NCBI GenBank assembly: GCA_028280785.1
Contig: JANQLF010000122.1
Span: forward strand, 23,627-87,626
Direction: 5' to 3'
DNA length: 64,000 nucleotides
From: Planctomycetota bacterium
GTDB lineage: Bacteria > Planctomycetota > UBA11346
The translations under genes were made by a program, and so were the position numbers. Below the pieces are notes generated by a model. The model had not been told where the DNA came from, ran no database searches, and was given only the letters and a program-made list of their open reading frames with translations. Every line of letters begins with the position of its first letter. Position 1 is the first letter of the stretch. Below, piece after piece: positions 39,597 to 48,799 of this stretch.

Positions 39597-41417
39597 TTAT
39601 CTTTGAAACCTGCGCTCTAGCTCGGTCCAACTTAGGTCTAATGTTGTCGGTCGCCCATGTGGACAATGTTCCATGTGTTCTAACGTATATAATAATTTGA
39701 CTAGGTTGCGTTGTTCGGCTTCGGAGAGTTTATCGCCAGCTTTGACGGCGCGGTGACAGCTGGCGCTGTGAGCAATGCGTTTACGAATGGCTTCGATGCT
39801 TTTGTCTTTATTGCCATCTTCGGCCATGCTTTCGAAAAAACCTTGCCAATTTATTTTTTTCAAAGCGAGCGGATGGGAGCGTAATAAAATAGTGGTTGGA
39901 CCAAAACATTCGGCTTCGATGCCATGTTCACCCAGACTTTCCAATAGCGGCTCAAGCACAGCAACTTCTGCAGCGCTTAATTCAATATTCTTAGGAACCA
40001 ATAATTCCTGACGCCCACTGCCTTCAAAGTCGGTGACGCTGGGGTCTAAACACAAAAATATGGATTTTTCATGGAGGGCATGTTGATCGACTAAGCGAAT
40101 GCCGAGCTCGGTTTCAATGAGCAAATACATATCATTTAATTGTACAATGCGACGAATGCCGGGTAGGTCATCATTACTGTCGACAGCGTAGGTGCTTTGT
40201 TGTTCAGCAACGGTACTGGTGTCGATGGTTTCTTGTGCTGGCATTTGTGGGACGAAGCGCTCTTGTAGTGCTTCTTGCTGATCTTCTGCTGCTTTAACCA
40301 CCGTACGTTTTACAATGTCATCGCCGCTTGTTACCGGTGAGTTCGGTGCAACGGGAGGTGGGCTCGTTAATTCAGGCGCTGCTGCGGTGTGCAGCATATT
40401 GAATCCACCACTGTTTTTTTCGAGAACTTCACGGATGGCATTGCGTAATATTTTAAATATCTCTCGATCATTGCGGAAGCGAACTTCTGCCTTCGTTGGA
40501 TGCACATTCACATCAATCAATTTTGGATCAGTGTCGATGTGAATAAAAACTGGCGGGTGTAGGCGTGGTTCCAAAAAACCACGATATGCTTCGCGAATGG
40601 CTGCAATGATTAATTTGTCTTTAATATAGCGACCGTTTAAAAAAACGAACTGTCGCTTGGCGCGTGGCTTCGCTTCGCTTGGGTGTGATGCGTAACCGGT
40701 TATTTGCGTGGTATAGCTGTGTCCGTCTATGGCAAATAATTGATCGGTAACATTTTTACCAAATATCGCTCGAATGCGTTGTCCAAGGTGATCGTGAACA
40801 GGCAAGTCGTGAATGACTTTATCGCCGGCAATTAATTCAAAGGCAATGTGCGGATGACTTAAAGCCATGCGCTGAACCACATCGGTAATATGACCAGCTT
40901 CAGCGCTTGGAGATTTGAGGAATTTTAATCGCGCAGGTACATTCCAAAATAAATTTCGAACCGTAACCTTCGTGCCCGGGGCCATGGAACAGGCTTGGAC
41001 ATCTTGAATCTCGCTGCCATGCACGCGCAGCGCATAACCACTGTCATTGTCATGGGTACGGCTGGCAATTTCAAATTCAGAAACAGCAGCAATAGAAGGC
41101 AGTGCTTCGCCGCGAAATCCTAAAGAGTTTATGGCAAACAAATCGTCAGCTGCTTGTAGTTTTGAGGTGGCATGCCGACTCAGGGCGAGAGGTAAATCAT
41201 CTTTGTTGATGCCGTGACCATTATCGGCAATGCTTAATAAATGCTGACCACCATCAGCCATGTGAATGGTGATTTGTGTAGCCCCTGCATCGATACTGTT
41301 TTCAATAAGTTCTTTGGCGACAGCAGCTGGGCGTTCAATGACTTCGCCAGCAGCAATCTTATTGGCGATGTCATCACTGAGTTGATGAATCTGCGGTGGT
41401 TTAGTCTTCAATGTCAT
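39597..41417 (-). CDS. mutL: DNA mismatch repair protein MutL
   Basis: IAAGEVIERP, ENSIDAG, GFRGEAL, DVNVHPTK, DQHALHE, CPHGRP. Confidence 0.97.
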   Translation of the reverse strand: MTLKTKPPQIHQLSDDIANKIAAGEVIERPAAVAKELIENSIDAGATQITIHMADGGQHLLSIADNGHGINKDDLPLALSRHATSKLQAADDLFAINSLGFRGEALPSIAAVSEFEIASRTHDNDSGYALRVHGSEIQDVQACSMAPGTKVTVRNLFWNVPARLKFLKSPSAEAGHITDVVQRMALSHPHIAFELIAGDKVIHDLPVHDHLGQRIRAIFGKNVTDQLFAIDGHSYTTQITGYASHPSEAKPRAKRQFVFLNGRYIKDKLIIAAIREAYRGFLEPRLHPPVFIHIDTDPKLIDVNVHPTKAEVRFRNDREIFKILRNAIREVLEKNSGGFNMLHTAAAPELTSPPPVAPNSPVTSGDDIVKRTVVKAAEDQQEALQERFVPQMPAQETIDTSTVAEQQSTYAVDSNDDLPGIRRIVQLNDMYLLIETELGIRLVDQHALHEKSIFLCLDPSVTDFEGSGRQELLVPKNIELSAAEVAVLEPLLESLGEHGIEAECFGPTTILLRSHPLALKKINWQGFFESMAEDGNKDKSIEAIRKRIAHSASCHRAVKAGDKLSEAEQRNLVKLLYTLEHMEHCPHGRPTTLDLSWTELERRFQR

Positions 41418-41631
41418 CGCGGAACCGAATAAACATAACGTGGTCGGTCTCGCTCATGAGGCGGTCTTCATCGTCCATGACTTCACGGGCTAAAGTTTCC
41501 AAGCGGACGCCGAGGATTTTTTCAGCAGGAATTTCACGAAGGCTGCGATTAGTTAAGGTCTCAAGTTGCTCAAGACTATTAGCTGCGTCTTCTATCAGCG
41601 ATATTAAGCGAATCTGAATGTGTTCTGCCAT
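41401..41631 (-). CDS. Small hypothetical protein
   Basis: 76-aa ORF overlapping the mutL start. Confidence 0.55.
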   Translation of the reverse strand: MAEHIQIRLISLIEDAANSLEQLETLTNRSLREIPAEKILGVRLETLAREVMDDEDRLMSETDHVMFIRFRDDIED

Positions 41632-41668
41632 GGCTCTACTAGAAATACTCGGTCATAAAACACAAGAC

Positions 41669-42412
41669 TTAAAGTGGGGCGAATTCTTCGCCTTCCTTGT
41701 GTAGATGCGTAAGCCGTCTACCGAGAGAAACAATGTACAGAAGGATGAAATAGGCGATGTAGCACTCTTTCAGTTCTTGCACTTCATTAAAATAAAAGTC
41801 TAAACCAAACCAATCTTCAATTTTAGAAGGCCAAGTTGAAATGGTGGTGATGACAGCCGTTGGCAAGCAAACCCAGGTCGGCCATAGCCACCAAAATCGT
41901 CTGGTGTGATGAACGCGCCACGCTTTGTAGTAAAATAAAAGCGGGATGAATACACCACCTACAAAGACGAGTAACGATACCACGCCTTTTGGATGTCGGT
42001 CAAACCATTCTGAGGTGTTGTGAATATTGGTTTCTTTTTGGTCATTATGCTCAAGAAAGAATTCGCTAGTTTCCCAGCCAAACCAATGTTGTCCCCAGCT
42101 TGCTTCTTCACCAGCAAAATAAATGCAGCCAAGGCAATAGAGAACCAGAAATATTTTCAAGAAAAGATGTAGTGATTTACCAAAACGAACAATGATGCTC
42201 ATGGTACATACAAGGGCAAAAAGCAGGAAAATAACTGTTAAATTTTCAATGATTCCTAATTCATGTTGAAGATAGGATTCTATGCCTTTTTTTGCTGTAC
42301 CAAAAAAGTGAGCGACATAACGAAACACATAAAATAGTATCGGCAGATGTAACCACCAAAACATATTTATTTCATGGTTAATGGAGTCGTCAGTAAGCTC
42401 GGAATCACTCAT
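41669..42412 (-). CDS. Multi-pass membrane protein (paralogue 1)
   Basis: GIIENLTV, GEEASWGQH..GW.T, QKETNIHN. Confidence 0.8.
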   Translation of the reverse strand: MSDSELTDDSINHEINMFWWLHLPILFYVFRYVAHFFGTAKKGIESYLQHELGIIENLTVIFLLFALVCTMSIIVRFGKSLHLFLKIFLVLYCLGCIYFAGEEASWGQHWFGWETSEFFLEHNDQKETNIHNTSEWFDRHPKGVVSLLVFVGGVFIPLLFYYKAWRVHHTRRFWWLWPTWVCLPTAVITTISTWPSKIEDWFGLDFYFNEVQELKECYIAYFILLYIVSLGRRLTHLHKEGEEFAPL

Positions 42413-42415
42413 AGT

Positions 42416-43159
42416 TTAGGCTGCTGTATTAGAATCTGAGACAGCATCATCTTCATTCTCAGGGTGTAGGCGCAAGAATAATGTGACGATGAAAATGAGG
42501 AAAAAGAGCGTAACCATGCATTCTTTGATTTCGGCAATGTTGCCGGGGTGAGGAATTTTAAAGCCAATTTTACTTAGTCGCTGAGGGAGTGTGATAACAA
42601 AAGAAAGCAAGCCTACCGATACACAGGTAAAAGAAGGCCATAACCACCACATTTTTTTATCGCGATCGCTGTGTAATTTTTTGTACTTAAACCAGCGAAA
42701 GAGTGGCATAAGACCACCAAAAATAAATATGAGGGCACTTAATACTGTTCGTGCTTTATTACCGAATCCATTAATGTTGTGAAGATTTGTTTCCTGCTGT
42801 TTATTAATGGCAGCAAGTGACTCTGGTGTTTGCCAACCGAAAAAATGTTGACCCCAGCTGAGTTCTTCGCCGGCTATGACGAAGCAACCAAGAGCAAAAC
42901 AGACAAGAAATCCTTTAAGTAGTTTATCGCTAGTGAACTGACCTTTTCTAAACAAAATAATTATGGGTATGATAGCAATTACTGCGAATAGGACGGTAAG
43001 ATTTTCGATTATGCCAAATTCACCATGCATGAATGAATTGAAATTACGCACAACTTTCAGCTTATGGAGAATGAAGTAACTGAAGTAGACGATACAGAGG
43101 ACTATGGGTACCCACAGCCACAACCATTTGGGTACTAGGAGTTGATCGTCTCGTTGCAT
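42416..43159 (-). CDS. Multi-pass membrane protein (paralogue 2)
   Basis: GIIENLTV, GEELSWGQH..GW.T, QQETNLHN. Confidence 0.8.
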   Translation of the reverse strand: MQRDDQLLVPKWLWLWVPIVLCIVYFSYFILHKLKVVRNFNSFMHGEFGIIENLTVLFAVIAIIPIIILFRKGQFTSDKLLKGFLVCFALGCFVIAGEELSWGQHFFGWQTPESLAAINKQQETNLHNINGFGNKARTVLSALIFIFGGLMPLFRWFKYKKLHSDRDKKMWWLWPSFTCVSVGLLSFVITLPQRLSKIGFKIPHPGNIAEIKECMVTLFFLIFIVTLFLRLHPENEDDAVSDSNTAA

Positions 43160-43250
43160 GAGTGCTGAGTTTTAGGCATATAATGCCGATGCAAGCTCAC
43201 TGGAAATATTATTATAGACCCTACCATGCGCCCCTCGAGGAGATCCGGGG

Positions 43251-44846
43251 ATGATTACTGCTTCAGAAATCACCGTCGCCTTTGGCGAAAAGCCACTCTA
43301 TGAAAATGTTAGTCTGCGCTTAACCGCAGGTAACTGCTATGGTTTTATTGGTGCAAATGGCTGCGGTAAAACGACCTTTATCAAGGTACTGTCTGGTGAA
43401 ATGGAGCAGAACGCAGGTACGGTCACCTTGGATCCCGGCATGCGTATGGCCACCTTAAAGCAAAATCAATTTGGTTATGAAGATCAAAAAGTCATGGATG
43501 TGGTTTTGCAAGGTTATGAAGAAGTATGGCAGTTGCAGTTGGATATGGACGCCTTGTATGCTAAAGAAGATTTTTCTGATGCTGATGGTGAGAAAGTTGC
43601 AAAGTTACAAGAACGCTACGATGAATTAGATGGCTATTCGCAAGAATCGAATGCCGCTGAAGTATTAACCAATCTTGGTGTGAGCCCTGATGTACATAAC
43701 AGTGCGATGTCTGAAATAGATGCCACGTTGAAGGTGCGTGTTTTATTAGCTCAAGTAATTTTCTCGCGGCCAGATGTATTGTTGCTCGACGAGCCAACTA
43801 ATAACTTGGACATTGAAACCATCGCCTGGCTTGAAAAATTCTTGGCAGATTACGAAGGTTGTATTGCCGTAGTGAGCCATGACCGACACTTTTTAAACCG
43901 TGTTTGTACCCATGTCTGCGATGTTGATTTTCAAACAATCCGAACATTTGTTGGGAATTGGGATGTATACGCAGCATCCGAAGCACTTGCTCGTGCGCAG
44001 CGCAGTAAAGAAAAAGCACGTGTTGATAAGCAAGTGGAAAAATTAAAGAGCTTTGTCCAGCGTTTTAAAGCCAATGCATCGCGTTCGAAGCAAGCGACGA
44101 GTCGTATGAAGCAAATCGACGCACTCGGTTCACAACAAGTCTTACCATCAAGTCGCGTGGCTCCGCGTATTAATTTTAAACAAGAACGTGAAAGTGGTCA
44201 GGATATTATTAAAGCTGAAGGCCTCAGTTTTAAATACGATGATGGTCCCGAAATTTGTAATGATTTAGATCTGCGCTTGGAAAAGGGTGAGCGCTTGGCG
44301 ATTGTTGGTCGTAACGGTATTGGTAAAACCAGTATTATTAAATTGCTCAATAATGAATTAACACCGCAAGCAGGATCAGTGACCCTTGGTGGAACCATTA
44401 AAGTCGGTTACTTCCCACAAGACAGTCGTCATCTGTTTGAAAAAGACATCGATATTGTGACGTGGTTGCAGCAGTTCACGGACAACCAGGACATCAATAA
44501 CATGCGCGCGATGCTCGGTCGCATGCTCTTCTCGGGTGACGATGTGAAGAAATCGGTAACTGTGCTTTCGGGTGGTGAAAAGGTGCGTTGTTTGATGTCG
44601 ATGCTGATGCTTCAAGAAGCCAACTTGCTGATCTTAGACGAACCGACTAACCACTTGGATTTGGAATCGATCGAAGCTCTCCAGGAAGCCTTGGAAGAGT
44701 TCAAAGGTAGCATCATCTTTGTCAGCCATGACCGTGAATTCGTTGACCACGTCGCCAGCCGCGCCCTGGTTATGACCGACGAGGAGGGCATCGTCGATTG
44801 GCGAGGTACTTACTCTGAATACCGCGACTCAAAGGGCCTGGATTAG
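43251..44846 (+). CDS. ABC-F family ribosome-associated ATPase (YbiT-like)
   Basis: Two ABC domains (GANGCGKT, LDEPTNNLD; GRNGIGKT, LSGGE, LDEPTNHLD), no TM segments. Confidence 0.95.
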   Translation: MITASEITVAFGEKPLYENVSLRLTAGNCYGFIGANGCGKTTFIKVLSGEMEQNAGTVTLDPGMRMATLKQNQFGYEDQKVMDVVLQGYEEVWQLQLDMDALYAKEDFSDADGEKVAKLQERYDELDGYSQESNAAEVLTNLGVSPDVHNSAMSEIDATLKVRVLLAQVIFSRPDVLLLDEPTNNLDIETIAWLEKFLADYEGCIAVVSHDRHFLNRVCTHVCDVDFQTIRTFVGNWDVYAASEALARAQRSKEKARVDKQVEKLKSFVQRFKANASRSKQATSRMKQIDALGSQQVLPSSRVAPRINFKQERESGQDIIKAEGLSFKYDDGPEICNDLDLRLEKGERLAIVGRNGIGKTSIIKLLNNELTPQAGSVTLGGTIKVGYFPQDSRHLFEKDIDIVTWLQQFTDNQDINNMRAMLGRMLFSGDDVKKSVTVLSGGEKVRCLMSMLMLQEANLLILDEPTNHLDLESIEALQEALEEFKGSIIFVSHDREFVDHVASRALVMTDEEGIVDWRGTYSEYRDSKGLD

Positions 44847-44958
44847 AAATCTATTCCAGACGCCGAGAGCCGTTCAGGCCTACTTGGCCTGACATTTTCG
44901 TAGATAATGAGGATCGACAAAGTCTGCGGGGTCCGGGGCAGAGCCCCGAAACAAAAAA
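44847..44958 (+). mobile_element. Structured non-coding element, copy B (after ABC-F)
   Basis: GACGCCGAG; TCAGGCC-TACTT-GGCCTGA; CGACAAAGTC; CGGGGC-AGA-GCCCCG; AAACAAAAAAG. Confidence 0.7.
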
Positions 44959-45005
44959 GGCGTGGTACATATTCTGAATACCGCGACTCAAAAGGCTTGG
45001 ATTAG
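44959..45005 (+). pseudogene. Second copy of the ABC-F 3' end (RGTYSEYRDSKGLD*)
   Basis: 42/47 nt identical to 44800-44846; all 5 differences are synonymous. Confidence 0.93.
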
Positions 45006-45084
45006 AGGGTAAGTAAGCCCGAAGCTGCAGTCCAGTAGTTGCTTAGGTTGGATTTGAACTAGCATCTCGCCTCCACTGATTGAG

Positions 45085-45513
45085 GTGGCAAAGGAAGGAC
45101 GAGCTATGAAGCGCATAATAGCACTGTCGGCTATGACGAGTACCTACGTGATGGGTGCCGGTGAAGATCTCACTGCACCAGTTCCAGCAGGACCAGAAAA
45201 CGGTCAGGACCAAAGCCAACAAGCACCGGGCGGAATGGGTTTCCCATTCTTCATGCTCATTTTGATGTTGGTCTTCATGTACTTCGTCTTGATTCGTCCA
45301 CAAAATAAAGAGCAGCGTCGTCGTCGTGGTATGATGGATGATCTCAAGGTTGGTGACATGGTCGTGACCATCGGTGGTCTCCATGGTGAGGTTGCGCGCA
45401 AAGGTGAGAACGACATAGATCTCAAAGTCGCTGAAAATACAGTCATGACCTTTAACCTTGGTGCGGTTAACCAGGTGGTTAAAGACGGCGAAAAATTAAA
45501 CGGTCAAGAATAG
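45085..45513 (+). CDS. yajC: Preprotein translocase subunit YajC
   Basis: MYFVLIRPQ.KE, LKVGD.VVTIGGLHG; upstream of secDF. Confidence 0.93.
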   Translation: MAKEGRAMKRIIALSAMTSTYVMGAGEDLTAPVPAGPENGQDQSQQAPGGMGFPFFMLILMLVFMYFVLIRPQNKEQRRRRGMMDDLKVGDMVVTIGGLHGEVARKGENDIDLKVAENTVMTFNLGAVNQVVKDGEKLNGQE

Positions 45514-45523
45514 GTCGAAATAA

Positions 45524-48500
45524 ATGAAGCACCGTTTCGGCTCTATATTTATTGTATTTGTAATAGCAGTAAGCTTATTATATCTGCAAAATAAAGTTTA
45601 TGTCGGCAGTCAGTATTATTTTGCTGAAGCAGTTCCAGTAAAACAAGGTGAAGAGGTTAAGTATCCATTTGTCAGTAAAGAAGGTGGGTATTTCTTACTC
45701 AAGGATATAGCCGGAAAAGCATTCGAACCGACAGCATTACAAATCGAACAATTTAAGTATTTTGCCGAACGTGGTTCTGATGGTAAGCCATTCCTGATTG
45801 ATACAGAAAATATAACCGTCAACGGGATGATGATTGAGTATAAATTTCAAAACTCATCACAAGTTAATTTACGCAGACTGAAAAAATTTGAGAAACGTCT
45901 TTTAGAGTTTTCTTTCTCTGAACCAAATAGTGAACGTGATTTATTATTCGTACCACTTGGTATTGACTTACGTGGCGGTGTTGAATTTATCTGTTCACTG
46001 TACGATGATGATCAAAATCGTGTAGAGGCTGAACAGCAAACTGTCGACATCCTACGCACTCGTTTAGAAACGCGTGGTTTATCAGAGCCACAGGTATCGC
46101 GTTTAACCAACGGTGATATTCAGGTGGTCATTCCGGGCGGCGGTAAAGCAGAAGCGGCTCGGACGCGTAAAGTATTAGAGACCACCGGTAAATTAGAATT
46201 CCGTGAAGTGCTCGAGGTCTTTGGTATTGAAGATGAAGAGGCTTTTAGCAGCCATGAACCCGGTGAACAAATTATTATCAATAAGAAGGGTAAGCCGGCT
46301 TTCAAACCAGGTGGTGGTGCTGGTTTTGATACCCTTGGTGAAAAATTATATCCACTCAAGGCTCCACGCGGTCAAACCCCATTGGCCTTCTATCGTTTGG
46401 GTCCGGCAAAAATCACTGGTCAGCATGTAGAAGATGGCTTTACCACAGCTAACGATGATGGCACGCCAGCAGTTGGTATTAAATTAAATGCAACTGGTGG
46501 TTCGATTAGTTATGAGTGGACTACCGATGTGAAAAAACGCGGTCCACTTGGTGAGAGTACGGGTGGATCTGGTCGTTTTGCAATTTGCTTAGATGGCGTG
46601 GTGTTTTCAGCACCGCGGGTACAGGAGCCAACCGGCGTTCACAGCCGCATTACTGGTCAGTTTACCACCGAAGAAGTAAACAACTTAATTTTAGTTTTAG
46701 ATACGGGTGCATTAACGGTTACCCCAGAAGTGTTATCTGAACGCGTAATTGGTGCGACCTTGGGTAAAGAAACCATCTCAAAGGGTTTGGTCGCAATGGT
46801 AACGTCATTAGCGATCATTCTTGGCTTTATTGTGATGTACTATCGCCGCCTTGGTGTGGTAGCGATGGTCAGTTTGGCAACCACCTTGGCTTTAGTGTGG
46901 ACGGCTGTTTCTGTATTTAGCATCACGATGACTTTGCCTGGCTTGGCTGGTTTGGTTTTAACGATTGGTATGGCGGTCGACGCAAATATTTTGATCTTTG
47001 AGCGTATCCGTGAGGAGATATCAGAGGATGTTGATTTACGTACCTCGTTGGATGCTGGTTATGCGCGAGCATTTTTAACAATTTTTGATGCGAATGTAAC
47101 GACCTTTTTAACAGCGTTTGTCTTGGCTTGGATTGGTACCGGTGCGATAAAAGGTTTCGGTAATACCCTTATGATCGGTATCGTTACCTCGATGTTTGGT
47201 GCGATTTATATTGGTCGGATTATTACCGACTTTTTATATCATAAAATAGACAGCACTAAAGTTAACGATTCCTTGTCGAAATTACCATTAGAGCAACCAT
47301 ATGTCAGTTGGCGTATGCCTGCCGCTATTTTATCGACATTGGTTATTATTGTCGGCATGTACACTTTTATAGCTGGTGGATCTAAGCATTTCGCGATTGA
47401 CTTTACTGGTGGTAACATGGTACAGGCAACCTTGGTGGAGCCGAAGTCTTTAGAGGAAATTCAAGACACCTTGGAAAAAGCTTACAAATCTGACCCAGAA
47501 AAATACAATCTACTCGGTGAAGATTTGCAAATTTTGCCATACTTTAGTGATTTTGAAGAGAGTGGTGAGAAGAGCCGTCAGTATGTGTTTAAGGGTCGTG
47601 ATGATCAGGCGATCATCATTAATAAAAATATGGCCGGTCAGCAAGAAGCCTTATGGAAAGTGAGTGAGAAAAAGAATACCAAACTCAACGAAGGGGTTCC
47701 GTTAACTGATCCAGCAATTAGAGAGTTGAATAAAGAAATCGCTAAATTGAAATTAGAGTTACAGCCATTTAAGGATCAATTAGCTGAGCGTATTGAAGTA
47801 TTTAAATCACAATTGGCTAGCGCTTTAGCAGGTATGATCATAGCAGAGCATTCTGAATTAGTGGCGATAAGCTTTGATGAGCAACGTATGAGCATAACGC
47901 TTACGATGTTAAGTGTTGCCGATGATACGCAAAAAGCTCAGGTCAATGATGGCATGCTTAAGCGCAATGATTTAACAGATGTTTCTATAAGCACAGATGA
48001 TGTGCGCATGACCTTTAATGCTAAATACGTTCGTGACATAGACGTTGATCCAGCAATTGGTGATAAGCAAGTGACTGCCATGAAGGAGCAAGACGCACTG
48101 TGGGCGCGTATGTATGATCAACTTGATGCAGCGACACCAGTCTCTGATCGTTATGCGCATGCGACGTTATTACGTAATTATTACGACACCTGTGTTGATC
48201 GTGCCGCATCAAGTGGTTTGCAGGTAGCGGCGGCTTATCCAGCAACTGACCATTTCTCGCCACAAGTGGCATCGCAAATGAAAAATAAAGCCTACTTAGC
48301 ATTGGGCTTTAGCATGTTGGCTATTTTATTTTATATCGCTATGCGTTTCGAATTCCGTTACGGTGTTGGTGCAATTATGGCATTGACCCATGACGTCATC
48401 GCGACGGTTGGCATTTTGGCTATGCTCGGTGTGCGCATTGATTTAACCGTTGTTGCAGCGTTATTAACCATCGTTGGTTATTCATTAAACGATACCATCG

Positions 48501-48799
48501 TCGTGTTCGACCGTATTCGTGAAAACATCAAGAAATACGGCAAGGCGATGATCGATACGATTGATAAAGCCATTGCTCAAACCATGAGCCGAACCATTTT
48601 AACCAGTTTGACCACTATTTTTGTAATCACCATTTTATTAATTTGGGGTGGTGAGGGTGTACGCTCATTCAGCGTGACCATGTTGGTCGGCTTAATTCTC
48701 GGTACTTATTCTTCGGTCTTTGTTGCATCACCATCGTTGTTGTTGTTTAAAGATCCAGAGCCAGAGGACGAGACGGACGAAGTAGTTCCCGGTACTTAG
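45524..48799 (+). CDS. secDF: Fused protein translocase SecDF
   Basis: LGIDLRGG, IGMAVDANILIFERIREE, IDFTGG, GYSLNDTIVVFDRIRE, RTILTS. Confidence 0.95.
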   Translation: MKHRFGSIFIVFVIAVSLLYLQNKVYVGSQYYFAEAVPVKQGEEVKYPFVSKEGGYFLLKDIAGKAFEPTALQIEQFKYFAERGSDGKPFLIDTENITVNGMMIEYKFQNSSQVNLRRLKKFEKRLLEFSFSEPNSERDLLFVPLGIDLRGGVEFICSLYDDDQNRVEAEQQTVDILRTRLETRGLSEPQVSRLTNGDIQVVIPGGGKAEAARTRKVLETTGKLEFREVLEVFGIEDEEAFSSHEPGEQIIINKKGKPAFKPGGGAGFDTLGEKLYPLKAPRGQTPLAFYRLGPAKITGQHVEDGFTTANDDGTPAVGIKLNATGGSISYEWTTDVKKRGPLGESTGGSGRFAICLDGVVFSAPRVQEPTGVHSRITGQFTTEEVNNLILVLDTGALTVTPEVLSERVIGATLGKETISKGLVAMVTSLAIILGFIVMYYRRLGVVAMVSLATTLALVWTAVSVFSITMTLPGLAGLVLTIGMAVDANILIFERIREEISEDVDLRTSLDAGYARAFLTIFDANVTTFLTAFVLAWIGTGAIKGFGNTLMIGIVTSMFGAIYIGRIITDFLYHKIDSTKVNDSLSKLPLEQPYVSWRMPAAILSTLVIIVGMYTFIAGGSKHFAIDFTGGNMVQATLVEPKSLEEIQDTLEKAYKSDPEKYNLLGEDLQILPYFSDFEESGEKSRQYVFKGRDDQAIIINKNMAGQQEALWKVSEKKNTKLNEGVPLTDPAIRELNKEIAKLKLELQPFKDQLAERIEVFKSQLASALAGMIIAEHSELVAISFDEQRMSITLTMLSVADDTQKAQVNDGMLKRNDLTDVSISTDDVRMTFNAKYVRDIDVDPAIGDKQVTAMKEQDALWARMYDQLDAATPVSDRYAHATLLRNYYDTCVDRAASSGLQVAAAYPATDHFSPQVASQMKNKAYLALGFSMLAILFYIAMRFEFRYGVGAIMALTHDVIATVGILAMLGVRIDLTVVAALLTIVGYSLNDTIVVFDRIRENIKKYGKAMIDTIDKAIAQTMSRTILTSLTTIFVITILLIWGGEGVRSFSVTMLVGLILGTYSSVFVASPSLLLFKDPEPEDETDEVVPGT

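Noticed and set aside
39473..39700. 75-aa plus-strand ORF; likewise 48747-49055 and most nested antisense ORFs
   Set aside because: Shadows of real genes or of the elements, with no RBS or motif support.
39413..45005. Gene-end duplicates as DGR template/variable repeats
   Set aside because: Differences are synonymous and not adenine-specific, and there is no reverse transcriptase in the window.
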